Assembly: GCF_022045235.1 (NCBI RefSeq)
Contig: NW_027266297.1
Coordinates: 71,114,001-71,178,000, forward strand
Direction of reading: 5' to 3'
DNA length: 64,000 nucleotides
DNA from: Haliotis cracherodii
Lineage: Eukaryota
The notes under the pieces were generated by a model that was not told the DNA's origin, searched no databases, and was given only the letters and a program-made list of their open reading frames with translations. Position numbers and translations under genes: made by a program. This document shows positions 28,501 through 41,321 of this stretch, one piece after another; position 1 is the stretch's first letter, and every line of letters starts with the position of its first letter.

Positions 28501-29316
28501 CATGACCGCAACGTGCTGCTCATTGCCTCGCCGTCCCTGGACCCCCAGGCCAAAGAGAAGATGGCGCAGATCATGTTTGAGAAGTTCCAGGTCGCTGGTC
28601 TGTTTGTTGCCAACAGTGGTGTTCTCAGTCTGTATGCCGCGGGGAGGCTGGCGGGTGTGGTGTTGGAGGCAGGAGACGGCGTTATCCATGCCGTCCCTGT
28701 GCATGAGGGCTTCGCGCTGCCCAAGGCTGTCACACGGTGGGCGTTTGGTGGCAGTGGACAGAGCGAGTTCCTCTGCAAACAGCTCTCTGAAAAGGGCTAC
28801 AATTTGTCCGATAATCCAGAAGCAGTACGGGAGATCAAAGAGAGCTTGTGCTATGTGGCTAAAAGCTATGATCTGGAGATGGCCAAAGCATCAGATACAT
28901 CCTTCCAGAAGACATTCAAGCTCCAAGACGGGAAGGTCGTCACCCTTGGTAGCGAGATGGTCAAGACGTCAGAGATCCTCTTTACTCCTTCAGTTGGAGG
29001 TCTGTCAACTTCTGGGGTCGTCGCCCTCTTGAATGAGGCCATTGATAAGTGCACTGCTGAACAACAGAAGGTCATGTATGGCAACATCGTCCTTGCGGGA
29101 GGCCCTACTCTCGCCACTGGGTTCGTGGAACGGATGAAGAAGGAGGTGAAGACTAGGGCTGCCTATGCCAACGTTGTTGCTTCGGAACACCGAGAACACG
29201 CAGCCTTTATTGGAGGCAGCACCCTTGCCGCTCTGGACGACTTCCAGTCCATGTGGGTCACGGCGGCCGAGTACAAACAGAAGGGAGCCGGAGTCATCCA
29301 CGACAAATGCAAGTAA
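25509..29316 (+). CDS. Divergent actin-like (actin-related) protein, join(25509..25634,28348..29316), 364 aa
   Basis: Exon 1 (absent from the ORF track) encodes MSKASGAHVIIDIGTYQTRAGLANDSAPRVVQPTLVGRGVGE, aligning with actin [29 protein letters not shown]. Donor GAG|GTAATA at 25634/25635; acceptor TTACAG| at 28347/28348, phase 0. Exon 2 is open for 322 aa with actin motifs WDD, EKM.QIMFE, VLSLYA.GR, GDGV.H.VP, IGGS.LA and H.KC. AATAAA at 29818-29823. Confidence 0.9.
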
Positions 29317-29332
29317 ACAGAACTGTTCGGGA

Positions 29333-29470
29333 GGTGATTGACCAGTACATCTTGAGATGATTGACCAGTACATCTTAGAGTGATTGGTCAGTACATCTTG
29401 AGATGATTGACCAGTCCATCTTGAGATGATTGACCGGTACATCTTGAGATGATTGACCAGTACGTCGTGA
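29333..29470. repeat. 23-bp tandem repeat (GATGATTGACCAGTACATCTTGA) in the 3'UTR of the divergent actin-like gene
   Basis: About 6 units here and about 11 units in the inverted paralog at 43055-43308. Confidence 0.9.
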
Positions 29471-30170
29471 TTCGTGTGCTTTACACACAGCAGAATCAGT
29501 GCAACAGACTGAAATAGGTTTCCTCTGTTATGTCTAATGGGACATCCCAGGCTGACTGAACACAAACTTGATCCAAAGTGACAATGAAAGGTTTCTTTCT
29601 AAAATTGAAGTGCAGTGCAAGTTGTGTTATGTTTCAAGAGATTTTGTCAAGGGCTATTTTCATACAAATATTTTGTACATATTAATATCAAAAGTGAAAG
29701 GGATATGTTGAAGAATGTGAATATATTTAAGAAGTTCATGAAAGTGAACCACAATGAACGCTGTTTGTCTCGTTGTTTTGTCTCGCTGTGTTAATGTTTA
29801 TGTGTATAGTTTGGGTTAATAAATGGCTCAGTGTTCAAGATATGCACCTCATGTTGGTTATTGTTTGCAGTCACGTCATGGGACATATAAATTATTTATA
29901 CCCAATGAATTGACCCAATGTGTGTCTGTCTATACAGACATATTCTATGATATGTACCCGCGTCAGCATCTTAACGTATATTAAAATAAAAACACCCGTT
30001 CCTTCTGGACTATATATTAACAACTACTTTTGAGGGATTATATCTCTCGAAAGATTGTTTGAGGGACTATGTTTGATTAACTATGTACGGTTTGAGGTAA
30101 TATATCTCACTAAGTATTGTTTGAGGTACTGTACCTTACTATGTATTGTTTGAATGGATGAGGGGAGAAG

Positions 30171-30341
30171 GGGGGGGGGGAGTAGCCTGGTGGTTAAAGC
30201 ATTCGCTCGTCACGCTGATGACCCGGGTTCGACTCCCTACATGAGTACTATTTGTGAAATCCATTTCTGGTGTCCCCCGCCCTGATATTGCTGAAATATT
30301 GCTAAAGGTGGCGTAAAACCATACTCACTCACTCACTCACT
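30171..30341 (+). mobile_element. SINE family D
   Basis: TAGCCTGGTGGTTAAAGCATTCGCTCGTCACGCTGATGACCCGGGTTCGACTCCC (A and B boxes) ... GGCGTAAAACCAT(ACTC)n. Confidence 0.9.
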
Positions 30342-31059
30342 AAAGGCATTATGTTATATAAAGGATGACTTGATCCTTCGTGAAAGCTTGAAAAAATAAT
30401 AATTATGATTCAGATCGTTGAAAACAAATTGTCAGCCACAAAAGTTTAAAAACATCTCCAAATAAAATACACCCACTCATCCCACATGGTGGTATTTGTA
30501 TCAAGATTATTCCAGCAACAGCCACAAAACCAGATATCTTTTATTCAACAGTCTAAGGCCCCATTGAGGGATATCTTACTTGATATTGTTTGAACACATG
30601 GGAAAATGTAGGACTAAACACATGGCAAATCTAGGCTTAAAGAAACCGCACGTGTAGGTCATGATGCTCATCACATGTATCCTTGAGCTCTTGGCGGTCG
30701 TGTGGAAACACGTTGAAATACCATTGGCAAGAACTACTACTTAACACGGGTTTAGTTGATAACTTGCACTACATCGTTTCTGGAAGAGTTGTGAGGAAAG
30801 TAGTTGTGACGTGATATTTGTTCACCATTGTGTGGTGTGGCTGGTACACGAGGAATCCCGCTTCAGTACATTCATCCGGGGATGTCGCATTCCAACGTGG
30901 ATGATGGCGTTAGTGAAGCGCCGACAGTTTATTATTACACGATAAACAATACATTGTGCAGACAGTACGAAAAAACACCTGTGTGTGACAGCCACAAATA
31001 ATGTCCTGATTTAGGACAGGAACAACAGATCTCCCTATCCGAGCAGCTTGTGTACCAAC

Positions 31060-31640
31060 CTCTAGCAGCACTCTAGCAGCGTTCGAGCAATATTCCCTCA
31101 GCAGTATTCAAACAATATTCCAGCAGCAATATTCCAGCTGCCATATTCCAGCAGCAGAGTTGCAGCAGTATTCCATGAGCAGTATTCCAGCAGCAATATT
31201 CCATAAGCAGTATTCCAGCAGCAATATTCCAGCAACAGTAGTCCAGCAGTATGCCAGGAGCAGCGTTTCAGCAACTGTATTTCAGCACTAGTAGTCCAAC
31301 AGCAATATTCCATAAGCAGTATTCCAGCAGAAATATTCCAGCAATAGTAGTCCAGCAGCAATATTCCAGCAACAGTAGTCCTGCAGCAATATTCCATAAG
31401 CAGTATTCCAGCAGTAATATTCCATGAGCAGTATTCCAGCAGCAATATTCCAGCAACAGTATTCCAGCAGCAATATTCCATGAGCAGTATTCCAGCAGCA
31501 ATATTCCAGCAACAGTAGTCCAGCAGTATGCCAGGAGCAGCATTTCAGCAGCAGCATTCCAGCTTCAATGTTCCATCAGCAGTATTCCAGCATCACTATT
31601 CAAAGAATAATCCAGCAGCAGTATTCCAGCAATAATCCAG
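31060..31640. repeat. CAG-rich degenerate minisatellite (CAGCAGTATTC/CAGCAGCAATATTC)
   Basis: Tandem 11-14-bp units; inverted paralog at about 42040-42405. Confidence 0.88.
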
Positions 31641-33594
31641 CTTATCAAACATATTTGCTTTTATAAAAGTTTGTAGCCGAAAATGCAGAAAAAGAAAATG
31701 TAGAAATTGCACTGCGCTGAGACTTTTGGTCGTCTTTGACGTTAAGTGTTCGTTACATTGACATTGATCTACGTGTAGGTTGGGACACAGGTGTCCAGGG
31801 CGTTAGAGGCTACGTGATTCGCTGACCAGAGTTGCGCCCCTTAGTCGTACCAGGATCATATGGTCAGAGATCCGAATGCAAGGTTCGTACTCGTCACGAA
31901 CCTTACTCGTGCTTATGGTATTCACAAAAGTAATACACATCCCTTTGGGCTAACGGGAGGGCAGGACATGCTTATCCTTTTAGCGAACACCCGGTGTCAT
32001 CGAGGATAATGTTAAAACTCCTCTGGTTTTTAAACTTTTATATTTGATATCAACAGTCACTCGAGTGAGATTCTCCATATGTGCTGAATATAGTCGATAA
32101 GATTGTGATAAAAAAAATCCTGAAGCCAAGGCGTCGTTTTCAAAACAGTAAGCGTTTTTTTAACGTTTTCATCATTCTTAGAATCCTAGCTGTAGCGAGT
32201 GAGTGAGTGAGTTGGGTTTAACGCCGCTTTTAGCATTATTCCAGTTTTATCACGGTGTGTCAGCTTAATGTGGGAGGAAAGCCTGACGTGATGCAGGTCT
32301 CAGACGTTTACCACTTCGGTGAAACCCACGAGCACGGGTATGGTGCTGACAAACCTAGAAACATAATCGGGGCGTCCTAGCTGTAACATACAACACATGT
32401 CATACTCTGATCCACTGTACCTTGTGAATCTAGGGCACCAGGTGAGGAAGTAAGTTTTTGTAATATATTTATAAGCTGCCAGTTTGTTTTGGTTTTTTTT
32501 TGTTCGCAGATCATTTAATCAAGTTAAATCGGTCTTACTTCCTCGACCATAACCTCAGAGTCGTACTATCCTTCACCTGAATCCCTGTAAGTGCCTGAAT
32601 CGTGCGTCGTCTATTCCTCATAGGATTATAGCGTTACACAATGTCATGTTGTTTCGGTCGAATCATCGACTAGTGTAGATCGATAACCACGCCCCCTAAT
32701 CGACTGCATACTATATACCATAAAAGGTAGCATGAGCCAAATACAAGCATGTATGACAGGTTATAAATACTCCACTGTAGATATGCCCTAACTTGGCGTC
32801 AGGTCAGAGTACAAACCGCACTGGTCTGCACAGTGACGGTATGTATGAATGTGTGCAGGTATATATGTATGCACGCTGGCTTGTGGATCTATTTATAGAG
32901 TACAACTCGAGGGTACGTGTACAACAGTGTGACAAGCATGTCCCATGACTTTGCACAATTCAATGTCGTGTGTGCGTGTGTCTGTGTGTGTGCGCGCGCG
33001 CGCGTGTGTGTGTATGGCTGCTTGTACTAGGTCGGGACCATTGCGATTTTATAGTGCTTGCCTACTGGGATACCATGCCGCAATTTAGTACCTCACTCAG
33101 ACACAGTAATCCCCAAGACGCTACTCGATGTGAAGTCAGACACTGCTCGATGTGAAGTCAGACACTGCTCGATGTAAAGTCAGACAATGCCTATACTGCC
33201 CAATGTTAAATCAGATCCTGTATTTAATATTCCACAAACCAAGTACGCGACTTGGTATAACATCTATTCAAAGCATGCACAGTGTGTAATGGGCGTAAGG
33301 ATATGTAGGTTTGTTAATGACCTATATTTCTTTCATATTTGACGTAAGGCGAGGATAAAAGGGGTTTAACGTTGCTTTCAAGTTTTATCCCCGACCGCCA
33401 GGCATGGTGACAACAAGTGTCTTTTAACATCTTTTAGTATGAAGTGACCAGGGGATCGAACCATCGATCCTTTGCCCTCCGGGCAGACCTCTACCCACTA
33501 GACAATGGGTATCACATAATGACAGCTGTCTGTATCAGATATGATTGCAACATATCAACAGAAAAATGCATAAGATCCTGTTTATCTGTTGAAT

Positions 33595-33956
33595 GTGAGG
33601 TTGGGTGAAATTGGGTTTAACGCCGCGTCCAAGATTATTCCACTTATATATCGACGTGACGTGCATGCACTTGTGTGTGTGTGGCTGCTTGTACTAGTCC
33701 TGGATGATGCCGATTTATAGTACCGATGCCGATTTATATCTCACTGAGATTCCATGCCGCATGAATATCCCACTCTGACACAGTATACCGACTCCGAGCC
33801 AACCAGTCCTTGTTTTAGCCCCTTAATGCCGAGCGCCAGCCTGGGTAACAACAAGTACCATCTTTAAACGTCTTTTGGTATGACACGGCCGGGGATCGAA
33901 CTCTGGATCTTCCGATCTCCAGGCGGACGCCCTGCCACTAGACCACGGAGGCGGTC
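33595..33956 (-). mobile_element. SINE family A, full length
   Basis: Homologous to 20849-21174 and 44548-44905; imperfect TSD TTTATC(T/G)GTTG. Truncated A pieces also at about 32985-33110 and 33345-33505. Confidence 0.88.
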
Positions 33957-34169
33957 TTTATCGGTTGTAATTACCTTCTGTATACTTAATATATACTCCT
34001 GGATATCATATAAGCACCCTTTAAATAAACGTTGTGATTGAGTATGGTTTTACAACACTATATTCTATATTGACGAGATTATACACCCGGACAACCGTAC
34101 CTCCCAATTATGATATGACCTCTTTAAGCAGAAAACAGGCAATGCCACAAAACAAAACCTAGTAACAAA

Positions 34170-35215
34170 TTGAGAATCTCACCAGAGTGTCTTTACATAT
34201 CAAATATTTCAACAAAAGTTTTGAACTTACATCAACGAGTGTTGATATATTTGATATCAAAAGATACGAGGATGAGATTTTATTTATCATCCATTCTTCC
34301 AACTTTTGTAGTCTGTAAACAGTAATAACCAGTGTTAACCAGTAACCAGTAAATGAAAAATGTACAGCTTACCAGCTTCAGTGGCAGAGATATAGAGGAT
34401 ATTTCATGTGTCGAGTGAAATATCATGTTTCTCTCATCGAGTGACGGGGGGAAAGGAGATATTTTCACGAGAGGCGGAAAATTACAAATGTCAAACCTTG
34501 AAACGTAAATTCTCCCTACCAAACACATAGGGACGGTTCACCAGCCCTTGTATTTGCGACTTAAAAAGAAGTGTTTGAACAATCTTAAAAAATATGAACA
34601 TAAGTAATATTTAAGGTCACGATAATTCTTTATCATACATTTCGATATCATTATATACAAAATCAACTTCAACCAAAAATATTCCTGACAACTAGGAGAC
34701 CGCTGAGAGAAGCGAAAGAATACACGCCGGTCAAATAACCAAAAATGGCGCTTTGTGAAACGAACAGTCTCGATTGACGAGTTAAATGAGAGATATAAAG
34801 TTAATAACAAAACATTTTCGAGAGAAGAATGAATGGCAAGAAGCAATATTAACTCCATAAATGACCATCCGTCATTATTTTGCCTTATCAATGTATAACT
34901 AACGTAAAAAGGACGTCAACATTTTGTGTACAGGCTAGACACATACGATAAAGGGAGACAATTAAAGGGGAAGTAACTCTTGTATGACAATAGTTCCGTT
35001 AAAGTGTTATGTTCACTGCAATGAAAATATCACTTTTCTCAACTTCAGTCTTTCACACTGAAGTATGTAGTAAATGTGATGTGTTTTGATTATGTCTGAT
35101 GACGTCACAATGACGTGCAAAGCACTGTGATGCAATTTCCATGTAGCGATATCCCATGTGATATTGTTGGAACTCACCCAGGCGATATTTCCTGAGGAAA
35201 CCAGTTTCGTTATGA
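34170..35215 (-). mobile_element. Copy of the 48139-48560 element, interrupted by a nested insertion (~34330-35035)
   Basis: 34172-34320 matches the reverse complement of 48360-48550, and 35090-35210 matches the reverse complement of 48150-48270. Part of the insert (34944-35030) recurs at 12578-12680. Confidence 0.55.
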
Positions 35216-35953
35216 TATTAATATTCTCTTGCAATCTTGTCATGACAATAACTGATAGTTTGTCAAATGTAACAACCATTACTAAATCATAACATCAAAT
35301 TCTTTGGAATTGTTATGCCAATGTCGAAGACGAAAGTGTGATCTTTCCATGCATGTTTAATACCATGCATCAGCATGTTAATGTTCAGTATTTCTAGGTT
35401 GATATTCAATTTGCTCGTGTTTAAAAAAATCAAAAGCCACTTTTGGTGTGGGGACCTAAGGGTAATAAAGAATGTTGTGATGGGTACTCAAGGGCATAAT
35501 TAAGAGAGTTTTTTAACGTCGATCTCAAAGACATTTCAAGTTGGGAAGATAGCCCAAAGTTACGCGGGCAGTAGATGTTTTCTACTTTGGTGACTGATCT
35601 GGTGTTGACTGGCCAAGGGTATGGAACTAACAGAACCTTTAACGTAACCAGAGGGTCACTTGTAGCCCCGGTTATTACCATATATAAGATAGCTAAGCGA
35701 TGAATAGCATAAAGCAATGATGACTAAAGCGTGGTTTATTTCACGATAAAACACCGTTTATCATGACGTCATTTCTGGAGATTTGAATATGAGCTCGCAA
35801 TTTCATGACATCATATATTGGACGACGACATTTTGTTGTGACAACATTCATGTCCTTGTCATGAGCAGCCAACTTTTGCCCTGGAATAGCAAACTGAGAC
35901 AGTCTGGTTACAATACGTCACATAAATAGTCCATTGATTCAAATAGTCAAAGT

Positions 35954-37674
<1,721 letters not shown>

Positions 37675-37750
37675 TCAAATAAAAAAGGGTGGTGATATGT
37701 TACTCCCCTGTCGTACGCCACTGCACTGAAACCAGTAGTCACCGTTGGTC

Positions 37751-37823
37751 TTAAATAGGAGTCACAGGGTGTCTTAAATAGGCCACCAAGCACCTTGTCT
37801 TCACTCTCAATGTCCATATATGG
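37751..37823 (-). promoter_or_regulatory. Actin 3 promoter: TATTTAA TATA-like box plus a perfect CArG
   Basis: TATTTAA on the minus strand at 37751-37757, with a duplicate CTTAAATAGG at about 37773-37782; CCATATATGG at 37814-37823. Confidence 0.65.
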
Positions 37824-38910
37824 TAACAATATGAGTCTATATTCCCTATAAGTCCTTGAATCAACATTGGTATATCCATGTATAGCTGTTGGCGTGGAGG
37901 GAGAGACTGCGAGGGACCAGATAAGTGCGTTGTGCCGGTGCTGTATATCACCCGACCTACAAACCGCCTGTATCACCCAGTTAGGGTCAAAAGGAAATCA
38001 ATCAGGGCTGAGAAACTATACATAGGAGCCCTGAACCAGCATAACTGTCCTGTGTCATGAGAATTTCATACAGCGCAAACCTTTCGGAGAATGGAGGTTT
38101 AGTGGAAGGGTTTGCTTGAAGCACAATAGACTAAAGTTTCATTTCTGAGTGAATATTCAAGGTCGTTAACTGGACTACAAAGCTACGAATGTCACGTATG
38201 TGCTTTTAACGTCACGCAACATCACTCCCAGGCGATACTAGGATGTGGTGGTAATAAATAGCGCACGTTAACTTTCTTATATGTAAAGTGGTAATATAAA
38301 ATTATTATATATTTATATCTTACTAATATATATTGAAATTTAAATGCAACAGAGAAAAGATTAACCGAAAACTGTCTTGACTCCTTGTGGTGATGCGTTG
38401 CTTCACACCAGTGTGACAGAAAGTGTTATGAGTGTATACAATCGCACGTCCACCGGGGCTGCATTCCCTAATACGGACTGACACTGTTTATGTAGATGTG
38501 ACTATTGGTCAGAGTTATTATTAGATTATGCTCGTCATCTGTATTATTAAAAAAGCAACCACTTCAACATACGCTGAAAGGTAATAGACACATGACGATA
38601 TATTTAGGAGATCCCGTCACGTTATTTTTGTTGTGTGATTTGATTCCATTATCGTGCCAGAACCATATTGGCTTCAGTGTCACTCTCACAACTTATTTTA
38701 CCTTGTGTGCAGTGGAGCTGTGTATGACAAGGTGGATAGAGTTGCCCCCCTTTAGCCACTGGTTGGCCACACTCTTCGTGATACCAGCTGTTGTCCTACT
38801 CCCACTTGTATTGTGTCTCCCTCTCTTGTACAAATCTACAAGTACGTGTATATATGTAAACACCGCTGTGAGTGAGTGAGTGAGTGTGGATTTACGCCGC
38901 TTATTGCAAT

Positions 38911-39042
38911 NNNNNNNNNNNNNNNNNNNNNNNNNNNNNNNNNNNNNNNNNNNNNNNNNNNNNNNNNNNNNNNNNNNNNNNNNNNNNNNNNNNNNNNNNN
39001 NNNNNNNNNNNNNNNNNNNNNNNNNNNNNNNNNNNNNNNNNN
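38911..39042. other. Assembly gap (132 N)
   Basis: Run of N. Confidence 1.
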
Positions 39043-39188
39043 CTAGGACTATTCGTGCTTGAACAGGTGTTAGGCATAAACGCTTTATCGATTTCTCGTA
39101 TCTTCCTACCGCTCTCTCGCCTCGTTCTATCGCGTTCTCGCTTTCTCATATCGCTCTATCGCTTTCTCGTCTCGTGCTATCGCAGGCA

Positions 39189-39272
39189 TATATGGTGACC
39201 GAGAAGGGACATCGCTTTCTCGCCTTCAATTACGGCCGCGAGGAAGCGATGTCCCTTCTCGGCCACCATATA
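39189..39272. mobile_element. Short TA-flanked palindrome / MITE-like element
   Basis: 35-bp arms: TATATGGTGACCGAGAAGGGACATCGCTTTCTCGC / GCGAGGAAGCGATGTCCCTTCTCGGCCACCATATA. Confidence 0.65.
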
Positions 39273-39803
39273 TTCCTGGAAGTAAACACCCTCCCTCACT
39301 GAGTATAGTTGGGCCTGTTTCAGTCGAGCCGTACAGGTCTCTGTGTATGTAGGGTTTAGTGTTTTCCTTTACAATGAATCGTTATTTTTTCCCTCTCTGT
39401 GCACGTCCGACAAAACATTTCTATACCACACAACTTGGGATATTGTAGGAGACTCGCTATTTTATTCAGCTGCATCTACAAAACCAGATATTGATTAATT
39501 TAAACTATGCGCCGAATTTTTTTAACGTAATTTTTGTGACAGACAATTTCTACTTCTTTTTCAAAGGCCTGAAGCTTAATAAAAAAAATTCAAGCATTTT
39601 CTAGGATAGTTTATTTGTTTCGATAACAGGTTTATAGCCACCAAATCCACTATGAAGTTATGGTCACCATCTTTTGGGACAGCGATGTCATAATGCACGT
39701 CGGTTATTTACAACGTGGAATAATGGGGCATATTATGACAACTAATTGAGGAGATTGCGTCGCGACATCGAGGTGTTGTAGCCCACCACAAGCACCATGC
39801 ACA

Positions 39804-39997
39804 ACAAGGTAGGCACAATTTTATGGATAACAACTCCTTTAATACTTTAAAAAGCGACGTTTCGGTATAGATCTTTATACCGTTGTCAAGCAATCCTTAT
39901 ACCGTGTCTGCTTGACAACGGTATAAGGATCTATACCGAAACGTCGCTTTTTACAGTATTAAAGAAGTTGTTATCCATAAAATTGTGTCTACCTTGT
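39804..39997. mobile_element. Inverted pair of Penelope-like pLTR fragments
   Basis: ~89-bp inverted arms (39804-39892 / 39909-39997), each carrying a minimal hammerhead motif followed by an AT-rich ATTAAA segment. Confidence 0.7.
39910..39950 (+). ncRNA. Minimal hammerhead ribozyme motif (U3-A8 core variant, PLE type); mirror copy on the minus strand at 39851-39891
   Basis: GC-TTGACAA-C-GGTATA-AGGATC-TATACC-GAAA-CGTC-GC: core, 6-bp stem II, palindromic ACGT stem III; predicted cleavage after C39945. Confidence 0.6.
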
Positions 39998-40295
39998 CAT
40001 CCGTCAACTTCTAAGTAATGCCTATCAAACAATTCACCCTGCTCAAGTTACAGCACAGGAATGTAGGTACGGCCTTCTACCCCACCCATCCCCTCCACCA
40101 GATCTGCCCCATTTGACTACCTGTTTTCAAATTTGATAAAAGAACCACTTCATAGTCACAGATTTAACGAGGACCAAGCATTTGGAGGGGAGTGGCCTTC
40201 TACAAAACAGAATCACTCACAAGATATGACACAAGCGGATGGACCTGCAAGGGGCGGCGTTGATAAATATTACGACATGACACAATCTCATTAAA

Positions 40296-40832
40296 ATCAG
40301 ACCTGAGTTCTCGCTGTCGCTAAACAAAGATCTGAGGACATCCCATTACGAACTTGACCGACCATTGATATGACTTACAAGACGTCGACATCAGCCAATT
40401 AGAAAAGCAGCTTTCTCGAGCTTTACGGCACTCGTTTCAACCTGGCGACTTCCATTTCAGACTACGGTTGACAAATAAGTTGACACAGTTCTCGATCAAA
40501 ATTTTGAATACTGAACAAACGAACATTCCGGAATGTCTAATATATGTTGAGATTGTATAGCAGTGTTCCCCACGTACTGTGCAACGCCTCCTTCGTTCAA
40601 ATGTTTATCCCACGGAAGCGAGAGATAGGCGATAATTTTGACGGAACCAGTCGTACGGAATATCCCGTGTTAACGTTTTGGAGGTTGCATGATTAGAAAA
40701 CACATTCCGACTGTCACTTTCATGATCTGGTAAGCGACGCTTTTAATGGTCGGATGAAATATCGTTCTGACGTGACCCGTAATGGGATGTCCTCAGATTT
40801 TTGTTTAGCGGCATCGAGAACTCAGGTCTGAT
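40296..40832. mobile_element. MITE with ~55-bp terminal inverted repeats
   Basis: ATCAGACCTGAGTTCTCG...GAGGACATCCCATTACG (40296-40350) is inverted at 40778-40832; AT-rich flanks; superfamily uncertain. Confidence 0.8.
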
Positions 40833-41321
40833 ATTAATTATATTGGACACGACAGTATTTCAGTTCAACGTATGCTAGGCTCATACCGCCTCGTCCTACT
40901 TGCATACTTAGTTAACATGTGTTTTACTCATGTTATCACGTGTCTGTGTTTTTTCAGGTGAACACTTGACCTACTTTTGCATATGCAAACAAACACTCAC
41001 TTTTTAATACAAAGTGTGGAGGTGGCTGGCGGGTGCTGCCGGTGGAGCAGGGCACGTTCACCTTTTCGCGAACGCCGGGTATCATCACTGTTTGATAGTG
41101 AAATTAATAGACACATGCTCATCATACAAACTGCTGGGCAATAGAAAGTATACACTCATGTTTAAAGGTGGCTAAAAAAAACAAACAAGACATGGTCTTT
41201 CGATAGTGATGTATTTAATACGGTATCATTGGCGATATTACATGCATCATATGAATCAGTATCTCACAACAGGTGACGTGCACACGACGTCTCACGGAAC
41301 ATGTGGGTCGCAGTTTCGGGG

